From Acidobacteriota bacterium (lineage in GTDB: Bacteria > Acidobacteriota > UBA6911 > RPQK01 > JAJDTT01): a stretch of DNA of 64,000 bases. Shown here piece after piece: positions 1 through 10,016 of this stretch. The notes below the pieces were generated by a model that saw only the letters and a program-made list of their open reading frames with translations, searched no databases and was not told the DNA's origin. Each line of letters starts with the position of its first letter. Positions within the stretch are counted from its first letter, which is position 1. The position numbers and the translations under genes were made by a program. Location of the stretch: the NCBI GenBank assembly GCA_965263035.1, contig OZ253580.1, positions 4,768,001 through 4,832,000 on the forward strand. Direction: 5' to 3'.

Positions 1-106
1 GCCGCTCGATCTCCTTGAAACCGAGCACGTCGCAGTAGAAACGGAGTGAGCGGTCCAGATCGCTGACGGTGACCGCGACGTGATCCAGATTCCTTACCCA
101 ATTCAT
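1..106 (-). CDS. VOC/glyoxalase family protein, N-terminal part (runs off the window)
   Basis: Manual translation MNWVRNLDHVAVTVSDLDRSLRFYCDVLGF; AGGAGG RBS upstream on the minus strand. Confidence 0.8.
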   Translation of the reverse strand, partial: MNWVRNLDHVAVTVSDLDRSLRFYCDVLGFKEIER

Positions 107-387
107 GCCAATCCTCCTGGTTGGAAACTCGTTTCGATCAGATCCGTGAGTCGCTCGGCCGGGACTCGGCGGACCGGCCGTCCTATTCCTTAGGAACGGG
201 CCGATTATCAGTGACAAATGGAATTCAGATCAAGTCGGGTGCATGGTGCCATTGCCGCAGGGCGTTTTCGAGGCAGGAGGATAGGAACTCACTCCCAAGA
301 GAGCAAAAAAACAGCCAGAATGAGCACGTTTCCCCGAAATTAGACCCCTCTGTGTTCAAGTCAGCCTCAGACAGGTCGAACGTCCTA

Positions 388-1497
388 TCAATCGCTCGAA
401 TTCCCCGACTGAACCCGTATCATGTCCGACAAACGCACCTGCTCTGCATCGGCGCCACGGTGCAACATCACAATGTGGTCCGGTTCCGACATGAACCAAG
501 CGAAGGAACTCCATGCCAACTCACTCACCGAGCCCTTGAACGCTGTGTCGTCCCGATCTGAGTAGGCTGTCACGAACGCCACTTGCTCCTCGCGGAACCC
601 CGCTTCCGTCGCAATCGCCATTAACGATGTGAGCCGCGCCTCACTCACCGGCCCGGCCGTCGCAACAACCTCCACAAACACCAACAGAGGCTCGGTCGGT
701 CCGAGGTCCACCAAGATAAGGTCCGGTAAATTCCGGTCTGGCTGGATCGTTAGGCCGATGGCCTGTGCCAGTTGGTCATCCCGCGCAACTACCTGATTTC
801 GGCTCTCGCTCAGCCAGATCACACCCGGCTGTTCAAGGAAACGCGGCGCAAAATCTTCGACCACGGCTCTTGAGATCACAGAACTCGGCCCGGGCTCCAT
901 ATGGCGGGTTTCCCCGCTCGGGAACGTCACAAGCACTCCTACCTGGCGGGCCACAGCGCCTCGGCGCACAATCGCCACCCGCGCCAATGCGCCCGCGGAC
1001 AGGTTTGTCGACTGCCATTCCTCGATTGCTGCTTGCAGCGCCTGTCCCGTCAAGCCGGAATCGAACAGAGATGCGAATTCCTCAGCCAATGCATAGCGCG
1101 GACGCGGCGACGTCGTCGGAAGCCCTTCGCGCTCCTTCACTGCGCCCATTCGCACCAATCCCTCGCGCAACGTCTCATCACGGATCGGCTCACGTGTATT
1201 CACTGCATACCACCGCCCCCCGATATTGCCTGCGGATGCGCGCATCGACTCCTTCAACCAGGCCTCCCGGTCCGCATCTTCTGCCAATGTCGCCTGCGCG
1301 TCAGTCATCCGTGTCACTTGATCCGGTCGGAGCCAGCACTCCGCACCCTCGACAGCACCGATGTACAGCATGACAAATACCGTCTTCGCCGCGATCTCAC
1401 GGGTTACGTAATTTCGATTCGCTGTTCCATGGGGAAAAATCGTCCGCAGCCGTTCATGGATATCGGGTACTGGCAACAACGGCGGTAATGGCATCAC
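388..1497 (-). CDS. BsuBI/PstI-family type II restriction endonuclease
   Basis: TREPIRDETLR N-terminal motif and PD...VEVVATAGP PD-(D/E)xK-like core; start overlaps the MTase stop. Confidence 0.85.
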   Translation of the reverse strand: MMPLPPLLPVPDIHERLRTIFPHGTANRNYVTREIAAKTVFVMLYIGAVEGAECWLRPDQVTRMTDAQATLAEDADREAWLKESMRASAGNIGGRWYAVNTREPIRDETLREGLVRMGAVKEREGLPTTSPRPRYALAEEFASLFDSGLTGQALQAAIEEWQSTNLSAGALARVAIVRRGAVARQVGVLVTFPSGETRHMEPGPSSVISRAVVEDFAPRFLEQPGVIWLSESRNQVVARDDQLAQAIGLTIQPDRNLPDLILVDLGPTEPLLVFVEVVATAGPVSEARLTSLMAIATEAGFREEQVAFVTAYSDRDDTAFKGSVSELAWSSFAWFMSEPDHIVMLHRGADAEQVRLSDMIRVQSGNSSD

Positions 1498-3395
1498 CCG
1501 GTCCCGCTGATGTACAGACGTTCCACTGCACGTTCCAGCGTCTCGCGCGTCACACGTTTCTTCATCAGCCGCTCAATTTTCTTTATGTCTCCCGGTGGCG
1601 GCAACGGCAGCGCTCCTAGCTCATAGGCCGACACCGCGACGCTGCCGTTGATGCATCGGAATACCTGATCGACCACGTTGCTATTCAACAGAACGGCCAA
1701 CGCCGCCGGCGCCACGCGCGGAGTGCCGTTGAGCGGCTTGATCATGTTCAGGTGATTCTCGATAACGACCGCGCCATGGTCCTCGATGAACGTTGCCGGC
1801 AGTTCCGCCGCAATTAAGCGCCGGCATTGTTCCTTCGCTGTCGTCCTTTGCAACAACACGCACGGGAAATCTGTCACCACCCAGAATTCGTTTGTTCTCG
1901 GCTCGAAATAAGGCTTGTGATTTCGCTTTTCCGCCCGGAACTTGAACACACCTTCCGATCGAACCGATTCCGCCCACACCAACGGATAACGCCCCTTACC
2001 GGGTCGGTCCCGCAGACTCGGCTTGTGCCGGTTCCAGACCAGTGGTCCCGTGCTCACTTTGTAGCCATAATCGGCCAATCGGTACGGCAACATACCTGCC
2101 TGACTCACCAGCGCGTTCTGTGCTTCGGTTCGCGGCATCAGCCATGGCTGATCCGGGTTTTCAGGCAAGTTGAATGTCCCTGCTGTGGTCGCTTTGATCG
2201 AGCCGTCCGGCCCCTCTGAGAGGTGGTGAACTCTTCCGACACCTGGATCGCCACCGCGTTGATACGTCGCCAACAGCGCTTCCTGCAACACATCAGCAAA
2301 GACACCCTTGCGCTTCCCGATGAAGTCAATGCTCACCGGCGGCGCTTCCCGGCCAAGCAGACCGCGGAGCGCCTTGAAATACTCACCAGCAAGGAAGCTT
2401 GTCGGAGTCACGTATGCAATGACCCCGCCCGGCCGCGTGAAGCGAAGCGCCAAGTCAGTGAATACGCCATAGAGGTTCGCATGTCCAAAGAGGCTGCGGC
2501 GAAACTTCTCACGCAACTCCGGCGACAGCGTGATGCGTCCGTAAGGAGGATTACCGACCACCAGTTCAAAGCCTTTGCCCACGGGCGCCTGCTCGAGGCT
2601 GTCGCACACTCGCACAACGGAATGCAGACGTGTCCCTGCCTCGCTGCATAGGTCTCCGAGCGTCACATCGAGGAACACTTGCGATATCCAAGCCGCAAAC
2701 GGGTCCCGCTCGAACCCGCTCAATCGGCGCTGAATGTTCTTGAGCGCGATCTTGGGGCTGCTCTCTTTATGGCTTTCTGCCATCCGTCGTGCCACCGGCG
2801 CCAGGAATGCACCCGCGCCACAGGCTGGGTCGAGCACTCTCGCTGAACGCCAATCGACACCGGCCTCCGTCGCCATGTCCAGCAGCCGCTCGCACAGCGC
2901 CGGCGGGGTGTAATAGGCTCCCAACCGCGCCCGGAACCTGGCCGGCATCATTCCGGTGTACAGCACTCCAATCATGTAGCTGGCGTCCAGGACATCCAAC
3001 CCGGCCGCAGCCCTTCCGATGCTCTCCGCTTGATCGTCGGCCTCCGCCGGTACTGAAGAGACACCGATGTCCGTAGGCAGTTCGCACAACGACCAATCAC
3101 GACCGGACACCGCCTGGAGTTCTTTCCAATAGGCAGACACCACGCCAAATACGACCGCCCGCGCAAAGTCCAGCCTATTTTCATCCTTGACAGAGGACGC
3201 GAGCTTTCTGGCACTCAATGATCCGTCTTTCACAATTTCCCGGGCTGATGTTTCCGGGATCCCCCGTGCATCTTCAATCAGGTTCATCGATGTTGTAGCC
3301 ACGATGCCTCGATCATTGACTGGTGTCCCAACCAAACCAGAAAAACCGTTGTTTTTCGGGGAGGGTTGACGACTCTCTGCAATAGCGGTCCTCAT
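1494..3395 (-). CDS. N6-adenine DNA methyltransferase (Eco57I/BsuBI-like), cognate of the adjacent REase
   Basis: GAYYTPP, VLDPACGAGAF (motif I), VVGNPPY (motif IV). Confidence 0.9.
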   Translation of the reverse strand: MRTAIAESRQPSPKNNGFSGLVGTPVNDRGIVATTSMNLIEDARGIPETSAREIVKDGSLSARKLASSVKDENRLDFARAVVFGVVSAYWKELQAVSGRDWSLCELPTDIGVSSVPAEADDQAESIGRAAAGLDVLDASYMIGVLYTGMMPARFRARLGAYYTPPALCERLLDMATEAGVDWRSARVLDPACGAGAFLAPVARRMAESHKESSPKIALKNIQRRLSGFERDPFAAWISQVFLDVTLGDLCSEAGTRLHSVVRVCDSLEQAPVGKGFELVVGNPPYGRITLSPELREKFRRSLFGHANLYGVFTDLALRFTRPGGVIAYVTPTSFLAGEYFKALRGLLGREAPPVSIDFIGKRKGVFADVLQEALLATYQRGGDPGVGRVHHLSEGPDGSIKATTAGTFNLPENPDQPWLMPRTEAQNALVSQAGMLPYRLADYGYKVSTGPLVWNRHKPSLRDRPGKGRYPLVWAESVRSEGVFKFRAEKRNHKPYFEPRTNEFWVVTDFPCVLLQRTTAKEQCRRLIAAELPATFIEDHGAVVIENHLNMIKPLNGTPRVAPAALAVLLNSNVVDQVFRCINGSVAVSAYELGALPLPPPGDIKKIERLMKKRVTRETLERAVERLYISGTG

Positions 3396-3496
3396 GATTG
3401 ACGGATTCGCGATGTTTGGCTGCCGCTGGGTTCCCCGATCAGTCGAGACGCACTCGACCGCAGTCTTGCACCAACATGCTACCGAAGCCGCCTGAC

Positions 3497-3661
3497 CTCA
3501 TCCTGGGCGAAAGTCGTCACGGCATTCGACCGGGCTTGCGTCGTGTCGGACGGTATTGCTCTTCGGTCACATTCACCCGGAATGTGCCCTCGTCGCGCCT
3601 TGTCTGGCAGGTGCATCCCGGGTTGTATTGCCTTGCACGACTTTCACCGGCGGACTGCTTA
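3497..3661. mobile_element. Diverged copy of the ~166-bp MITE-like repeat
   Basis: AAAGTCGTCACGGCATTCGACC start and GACTTTCACC..CGGACTGCT end match the copies at 24678, 54714 and 56149. Confidence 0.65.
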
Positions 3662-3673
3662 TACTCCTCCTCC

Positions 3674-5017
3674 ATGGTACGCACACACTACCTCTACCTC
3701 GTGGCCCTGGTGGCGGCCGTCGGTGGATTCATCTTCGGATACGACCTTTCCATCATCGCCGGCGCCAGCCTCTTCCTGAAGGAAGAGTTCGCCCTGAGCC
3801 CGTTCTGGCTGGGATTTGCCGTCAGCAGCGCCGTCATCGGGTGCATCATCGGGCCGCTGTTCGGAGGCGGTCTCACCGATCGTTGGGGTAGAAAGAAGAC
3901 TCTCTTCTTTTGCGCGATCCTGTTCGGAGTCTCGGCCATCGGGACGGCGCTGCCCCGGACCATGACGGAGTTCTATATCTTCCGGATCGTGGGCGGAATC
4001 GGCGTGGGCTTGGCCTCCATCATCTCCCCCATGTACATCGCCGAGGTGGCGCCGGCCCGGATGCGGGGACGGCTGGTTCTGGTCAACCAGGTGGCCATCG
4101 TGGTCGGTTCGTTGTCCTCCATCATCGTCTCCTACTATCTCTCTCTGATCGGATCCTGGCGTTGGATGTTCGCGTCCGAGCTGGTGCCCATCGTGATTCT
4201 GCTGGTGGGCCTGGCCTTCATCCCCGAAAGCCCCAGGTGGTTCGCCCAGGTGAATCGGAAGGAGGAAGCCCGGGACGTGCTGACCCGGATCGGCGGCAGC
4301 GCGTACGCCGCGGCGGAGTTGGAGGAGATCGCCCGGTCGTTGAGAAAGAAGATGGGTAGCTTCCGGGACCTGCTCCGGCCCGGTATGAGGACCGCGCTGT
4401 TCATCGCCCTGACCCTCGCCGTCCTGCAGCAGTTGAGCGGGACCAGTCCTCTGCTGTTCCACACTCCCCTCATCTTTCAGCGGGCGGGGTTCGAGAACAT
4501 TTCCGACGCCATTCTGCAGTCCATCATCGTCAACGTCTGGAACCTGACCTGGACCTGCATCGGACTCTGGGCCGTGGATCGTTACGGCAGGCGCCCGCTG
4601 CTGATGGCAGGAACCTCCGCCATGGCGGTGGGCTTCCTGCTCATGGGCATCTTCTTTTACTACGATCTGGCCGGGATCTTTCTCCTGCTCACCATGTTTC
4701 TGGTGGTGGGCGGCTACGTGATCAGCCTGGCGCCTCTGGCCTGGTTGATCATGTCCGAGATCTTTCCCACGCATCTGCGGGCCAAGGCCATGCGGGTGGC
4801 GGCGCTGGGCCTCTGGGTGTCGGCCTATCTGGGCGCTCAGTTGTTGCCCCCCATGATGTCCTACTTCAAGGAGAGCCTGGGCACCGAAGCGCACGCGTTT
4901 TGGATCTTCATGGCCGTCTGTATCTTTGCCGTCGTATTCGGATGGAAAATGGTCCCCGAGACCAAGGGCCGGTCCCTGGAAGAGATCGGCCGGTCGTGGA
5001 CCCGGAACCTGAAATAG
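3674..5017 (+). CDS. Sugar porter family MFS transporter
   Basis: GGFIFGYD, DRWGRK, PESPRW, DRYGRR, PETKG motifs; start moved to ATG 3674 because the upstream in-frame part is the MITE. Confidence 0.92.
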   Translation: MVRTHYLYLVALVAAVGGFIFGYDLSIIAGASLFLKEEFALSPFWLGFAVSSAVIGCIIGPLFGGGLTDRWGRKKTLFFCAILFGVSAIGTALPRTMTEFYIFRIVGGIGVGLASIISPMYIAEVAPARMRGRLVLVNQVAIVVGSLSSIIVSYYLSLIGSWRWMFASELVPIVILLVGLAFIPESPRWFAQVNRKEEARDVLTRIGGSAYAAAELEEIARSLRKKMGSFRDLLRPGMRTALFIALTLAVLQQLSGTSPLLFHTPLIFQRAGFENISDAILQSIIVNVWNLTWTCIGLWAVDRYGRRPLLMAGTSAMAVGFLLMGIFFYYDLAGIFLLLTMFLVVGGYVISLAPLAWLIMSEIFPTHLRAKAMRVAALGLWVSAYLGAQLLPPMMSYFKESLGTEAHAFWIFMAVCIFAVVFGWKMVPETKGRSLEEIGRSWTRNLK

Positions 5018-5054
5018 CCTCGCAAGAGGTCCCGTCCCTGCCGGAGGCTGGAAC

Positions 5055-6302
5055 ATGTTCTTCAACCAGGCGAGGGCCAGAACCTTCATGCAGGAGTGCG
5101 GTCTCGACGCACTTGTCGCCGCCTCCCATCTGAGCATCACCTATTTCACCGGTTATTTCTGCTGGCTGGACCCCACCATTCGGGGCTATATGCTGCAGCC
5201 GGGAGCCCCGGCCAGCCTGGCGCTTCCCGGTTACGCGGTCTTTCCGTTGGAGGGGGAGCCGGCGCTGGTGCTCAATCCTCTCTTCGCCGTCAACGGTGCG
5301 GACCTCTGGGTCCGCGACCTCCATGTCTTCGGCGCCTCGGGCGTGGACGGAACCCTCACCTCCGACGTGCTGCCGGACAATTACCGCCGGATCCACGACC
5401 TGTTGCTGGAGCCGCCGCGGGCGTCCAGCTCCCTGGAGGCGTTGGTGCGCATCCTGGAAGCCAGGGGCCTGACCGAGGGACGGCTCGGCGTGGAGTTGGA
5501 AGGCCTGACAACGGACCGGAAGGAAGAGCTGGCCCAGGCACTTCCAGGAGCCGCCCTGCTCGACGCATCGAACCTGATCCGACTGATCCGGATGGTCAAG
5601 AACGATTACGAAATCGACCTGCTGACCCAATCGGCAGCCATCAATGAGCAGGCGGGGATGCAGGTCCTTTCGGAAGCGCGACCGGGAACGACCCTGGGAG
5701 AAATGAATGACCGTTACCGGGTCCTGGCGGCCCGGGAGGGCGCCGACTTCGATCACTTCTGTATCGGATTGGGCGGGCTCGGCATGGCGACCGAACCGGA
5801 CTACGCCCTGGGCGAAGACGACGTCATGATGGTGGACTTCGGTTGCATCTACCGGCGTTGCTTCTCGGACACCGGGACCACCCTGGCCCTGAAGGAGCTG
5901 CCCGATCCCCTGATGCGCCGGTTCGAAGCGGTTCGGGACTGTGTTGCGGCGGGGGTGGATGCGATGCGGCCCGGCGTCCGCTGTTCGGCCGTGAGAGGGG
6001 CCATGTGGCAGGTGCTGGAAGAGTTGGGATTGACCGCTTCCTATCCCCATGGCCACGGGGTCGGTCTTGACGTGCGGGACTATCCCACCGTTGTGGCCGA
6101 CAATGGCTTGCGGGTGAGCGACGACTGCATCGACGTGGCCTCGGACATGCCCTTGGAAGAGGACATGGTCCTGAACCTGGAGGCGTCCATGTTCCTCCCG
6201 GGAGTCGGTTCGCTGCAGATGGAGCATTCCCTGGTGGTCACCGCAGACGGATGCCGCAATCTTGTGCCCCAGGATCGATCGCGGCCATTCATACTCCGTT
6301 GA
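5055..6302 (+). CDS. M24 family (Xaa-Pro-type) metallopeptidase
   Basis: Creatinase-like N-terminus; D,D,H,E,E ligands (VDFG, SDTG, HGHGVG, NLEAS, MEHS). Confidence 0.85.
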   Translation: MFFNQARARTFMQECGLDALVAASHLSITYFTGYFCWLDPTIRGYMLQPGAPASLALPGYAVFPLEGEPALVLNPLFAVNGADLWVRDLHVFGASGVDGTLTSDVLPDNYRRIHDLLLEPPRASSSLEALVRILEARGLTEGRLGVELEGLTTDRKEELAQALPGAALLDASNLIRLIRMVKNDYEIDLLTQSAAINEQAGMQVLSEARPGTTLGEMNDRYRVLAAREGADFDHFCIGLGGLGMATEPDYALGEDDVMMVDFGCIYRRCFSDTGTTLALKELPDPLMRRFEAVRDCVAAGVDAMRPGVRCSAVRGAMWQVLEELGLTASYPHGHGVGLDVRDYPTVVADNGLRVSDDCIDVASDMPLEEDMVLNLEASMFLPGVGSLQMEHSLVVTADGCRNLVPQDRSRPFILR

Positions 6303-7107
6303 GGGTCCGTGTCCAGTCGACGGCAACAAAAGGGTGGCTGAACCCCTCGATCCCCACACGGCCGGGGAGATCCGAAAGCGAAGCCGAACCTTCTTCGAAG
6401 AGGAGCTGGATCGCTACAACGACGTATCCCCGCCATCCATCCAGGATGACGACCGGACCCGGCGACTGCTCGAATCGTTGCCGGTGTCATCCGAGGCCAA
6501 GCTGATCGACATCGGCTGCGGCACCGGCATCGTCGCATCACACTTGAGACGACTCTACCCGCAAGCGGACGTGTGCGGCATCGATATTTCTCCCAGGGTC
6601 ACGGCCAGAGCCAAGGAATTGGACCGCACCGGGAGCATCGATTTCGTCGTGGCGACGGAGTCGGAACTCCCGTTCCCCGACTCCGTGTTCGACTCTGCCG
6701 TGTGCCGATTCTCGCTCCACCACTATCCCGACTTGGCCGCCCACTTCCGGGAGGTTCGCAGGATTCTCAAAACCGGTGGAATCTATCTGATCGTCGAGGT
6801 TCTTCCCGAGGCCGGCCCGTTTCAGGCGATGCTGAATGACGTGTTTGCCGCCGCGGAGCGGGAATCGACCGGCCACGTGGCCTACTATTCGCTGGAGGAT
6901 TACAAGGAACTGCTTCCGCACGCGAAGCTGAAGTTACGGTCGGTCCGGCCCTTCCCCCTCCAATTGAAGATGGGCAAATATCTGACCCACTGCCGAGAGA
7001 TCCGGAAGACGCCGGCGTCCTTCCAGAAACGGATCTCGTTTGAGGAAAGGGACGACTGGTTTTCAGTCCGACTGCCAGCGGCGGGACTGTATGCCGAAGC
7101 CGAGTGA
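6262..7107 (+). CDS. Class I SAM-dependent methyltransferase (true start possibly GTG 6334)
   Basis: LIDIGCGTG, LPFPDSVFD, RILKTGG motifs. Confidence 0.85.
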   Translation: MCPRIDRGHSYSVEGPCPVDGNKRVAEPLDPHTAGEIRKRSRTFFEEELDRYNDVSPPSIQDDDRTRRLLESLPVSSEAKLIDIGCGTGIVASHLRRLYPQADVCGIDISPRVTARAKELDRTGSIDFVVATESELPFPDSVFDSAVCRFSLHHYPDLAAHFREVRRILKTGGIYLIVEVLPEAGPFQAMLNDVFAAAERESTGHVAYYSLEDYKELLPHAKLKLRSVRPFPLQLKMGKYLTHCREIRKTPASFQKRISFEERDDWFSVRLPAAGLYAEAE

Positions 7108-7168
7108 GAAGCCGCCACGCCTGGAAGTCAGCGACGACGGCCGGGAGGGACCGCCGGCTCGGTGCTCG

Positions 7169-8149
7169 TCACTGATCGATACGGTACAGGGGCTCCAGTC
7201 CCGCCGCGATCCGGTCCAGGTTCTCGGCCGCGCACGCCGCCCGCTTGCGCGAGGTGCCGTCGGTGACCCCGGCGATGTGGGGTGTGGTCACCGCATTCGG
7301 CAATCGGAAGATGGCTGAGGAAAGATCGGGCGGTTCCTGGCTGTAGACGTCGATCCCGGCGCCCCCAATCCAGCCTTCCACCAGGGCCTGCTCCAGAGCC
7401 GCCTCGTCCACCAATTCTCCGCGGGACACGTTGACCAGGAATGCGGTGGACTTCATCAGCTTCAGCCGGCGGGTGTCGATGACGTGCCGGGTCTCCTGGT
7501 TGAGATGCAGATGCAGGGAGACGACGTCCGATTGGGCGATGACGTCGTCCATGTCGGACGGTTTCCCGGCGAACTCCAGCCCCAGCTCGCTCACCTCATC
7601 CGCACCGATGTCGCGAATGTCGATGGCGAGAGTCTTCATCCCGAAGCCCGGAGCGCGTTTCGCCAGCTCGATACCGCTGGCCCCCAAGCCGAGAATACCC
7701 AGTTTCCACCCGACCATCTCGGCGCCGAGCGGCTTGTAGAGTTCGCCGCCGGCCAGGATCTCCTTCGATTCCTGGTACCTGCGGGCCAGCATCAGAATGA
7801 ACATCATGGCGCAGTCGGCCAGGGCCACGGCGCTGAAGGCTCCGGGGCAATTGGAAACCGGCATGCCCTTGGCCTTCCAGTATTCGAGGTCGAAGTGGTC
7901 GAACCCGGTCCCCAGGACCTGCCAATGACGGACCTTGCCGGCCGCGGCCAGATCGACCATCTCCCGGGTTCCCACCGATCCGCCGTGATCGATGACGGCA
8001 TCGATGCCTTCGAACTGCGGGGCCAGGGGCTGCTCGTAGTCGGCGATGCGCAGGTCGTGATTCTTCGTCACGGCGCTGACCAGGTCGGTTCCCCAGCGCT
8101 CGAACAAATCGGGTAGGGGCAGGAACAGCACCTTCAGTCTTTCACTCAT
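7169..8149 (-). CDS. D-isomer-specific 2-hydroxyacid dehydrogenase
   Basis: GILGLGASG, VNVSRGELVDE, TPHIAG. Confidence 0.9.
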   Translation of the reverse strand: MSERLKVLFLPLPDLFERWGTDLVSAVTKNHDLRIADYEQPLAPQFEGIDAVIDHGGSVGTREMVDLAAAGKVRHWQVLGTGFDHFDLEYWKAKGMPVSNCPGAFSAVALADCAMMFILMLARRYQESKEILAGGELYKPLGAEMVGWKLGILGLGASGIELAKRAPGFGMKTLAIDIRDIGADEVSELGLEFAGKPSDMDDVIAQSDVVSLHLHLNQETRHVIDTRRLKLMKSTAFLVNVSRGELVDEAALEQALVEGWIGGAGIDVYSQEPPDLSSAIFRLPNAVTTPHIAGVTDGTSRKRAACAAENLDRIAAGLEPLYRIDQ

Positions 8150-8213
8150 CTTTCGGTCCTCTTCTCAGTGGGTCGCCTGACTTCCATTCGCGGGGTAGAC
8201 TACTAAAGCGTTT

Positions 8214-10016
8214 ATGACCGCTCAAGGAGGGGACCTGTCCCAATCGAACGTTGTGGCGCCGCCGAGGACTCGAATCGTCAATTCAGGGCGGTGCCGGTCT
8301 TTTGCGGCACTGGTCCTGCTCACTGCCCTCGATCTTCCCGCCGAATCGAATTTCGGGCCGGACCTCTTCAGCGACCAGGCTCAGGCAGTCGGAATCGATT
8401 TCGTGCACTTCAACGGGATGTCGGGAGAGAAGTACTACTGTGAGATGGTGGGATCGGGCGGCGCCCTGTTCGATTACGACAACGACGGAGACCTGGACCT
8501 CTATATCGTCCAGGGCAACATGTTGGGGCCGGAAAAGACGCTGAAGGACTCCCTCTTTCCGCCGCGGGTCCCGTTGCCTCCGAGAGACCGTCTGTATCGA
8601 AACGACCTGGAGCTCCCGGCAGACGCGAGCCGGAACCTGCGCTTCACCGACGTGACCGGGGAGAGCGGCATCGAGGCCACCGGATACGGCATGGGAGCGG
8701 CGGCGGCCGACGTCGACAACGACGGCTGGATCGACCTCTTCGTGACCAACTTCGGGCGGAACCAGCTGTTTCGCAACAACGGGGACGGCAGCTTCAGCGA
8801 GGCCGCGTTACCGGGAGAGGCCACGCCCCGCTGGAGCGTCAGCGCGGCATTCCTGGACTACGACCGCGACGGGTGGCTCGACCTCTTTGTCGGCAACTAC
8901 GTCAACTTCAGCTTCTCCCACACCAAGGGCTGTTTCGGTTCGACGGGACGTGTCGACTATTGCGGGCCGCTCAGTTACGAGCCGGTCCCGGACCAGTTGT
9001 TTCGCAACCGGGGAGACGGGACCTTTGAGGGTGCATCAGGCGCTTCCCAGATCGCCCGCCAATACAACGGTTCCCTGGGGGTGGTCACGGCCGACTTCAA
9101 CCTGGACGGGTGGATCGACCTCTACGTGGCCAACGACCAGCGGCCCAATCACCTCTGGATGAATCAGAAGGACGGGACCTTCAGCAACGAGGCGTTACTG
9201 GCCGGCTGCGCCTTCAACAAGGATGGGAAGGCGGAGTCGAGCATGGGCGTGGACGCGGCGGACTTCGACAACGACGGCGACGAAGACCTGTTCATGACTC
9301 ATCTTCTGAACGAGACCAACACGCTCTATCGAAACGACGGCACCGGCTGGTTCGAGGACCACTCCTCGGGTACCCGGCTCGCCCCCCCCAGCGTCCCCTT
9401 CACCGGATTCGGAACGGCCTTTCTGGACTACGACAACGATGGCTGGCTGGACGTCCTGGCTCTGAACGGACATGTCTCCACCCTCGAGGTCCTGGCCAGG
9501 GACAATGACCCCTACCCGCTTCATCAGCCCAATCAACTCTTCCGCAACCTGAACGGGGAACGGTTCGAGGACGTGACCGGTGGGGCCGGCCGGGTCTTCG
9601 AGCTCTCGGAAGTGAGCCGGGGCGGGGCCTTCGGGGATGTGGACAATGACGGCGACACGGATGTCCTGGTGGTCAACAACAACGGCCGGGCGCGACTGTT
9701 GATCAACCAGATGGGCCAGCGGCGCCATTGGCTGGGACTACGAATGTTGGACCGGCGGCTCAAAAGGGACCTGTTGGGCACTCGGGTGGGTGTATTCCTG
9801 CCCGGGGGACGGACCCTCTGGCGCCGGGTCCGGACCGACGGGAGTTTCGCCTCGTCCAACGATCCCAGGCTGCTCTTCGGACTCGGAGACGAGACGCGGG
9901 TGTCGAAGGTCCGCGCCCATTGGACAGACGGAACCGTGGAGGAATGGAGCGGCCTACCCATCGACCGATATACGGTTCTCTATCGAGGTACCGGAAAAGC
10001 GGTGACGAACCGATGA
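8214..10016 (+). CDS. CRTAC1-family protein (FG-GAP repeats + ASPIC/UnbV domain), copy 1
   Basis: Repeated DxDxDGxxD loops; C-terminal GSFASSNDPRLLFGLG. Confidence 0.88.
   Translation: MTAQGGDLSQSNVVAPPRTRIVNSGRCRSFAALVLLTALDLPAESNFGPDLFSDQAQAVGIDFVHFNGMSGEKYYCEMVGSGGALFDYDNDGDLDLYIVQGNMLGPEKTLKDSLFPPRVPLPPRDRLYRNDLELPADASRNLRFTDVTGESGIEATGYGMGAAAADVDNDGWIDLFVTNFGRNQLFRNNGDGSFSEAALPGEATPRWSVSAAFLDYDRDGWLDLFVGNYVNFSFSHTKGCFGSTGRVDYCGPLSYEPVPDQLFRNRGDGTFEGASGASQIARQYNGSLGVVTADFNLDGWIDLYVANDQRPNHLWMNQKDGTFSNEALLAGCAFNKDGKAESSMGVDAADFDNDGDEDLFMTHLLNETNTLYRNDGTGWFEDHSSGTRLAPPSVPFTGFGTAFLDYDNDGWLDVLALNGHVSTLEVLARDNDPYPLHQPNQLFRNLNGERFEDVTGGAGRVFELSEVSRGGAFGDVDNDGDTDVLVVNNNGRARLLINQMGQRRHWLGLRMLDRRLKRDLLGTRVGVFLPGGRTLWRRVRTDGSFASSNDPRLLFGLGDETRVSKVRAHWTDGTVEEWSGLPIDRYTVLYRGTGKAVTNR

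Noticed and set aside
388-3395. Assigning CTGCAG specificity from site avoidance
   Set aside because: CTGCAG occurs elsewhere in the window (e.g. 4424) and 3 kb is too short to test; family membership does not fix specificity
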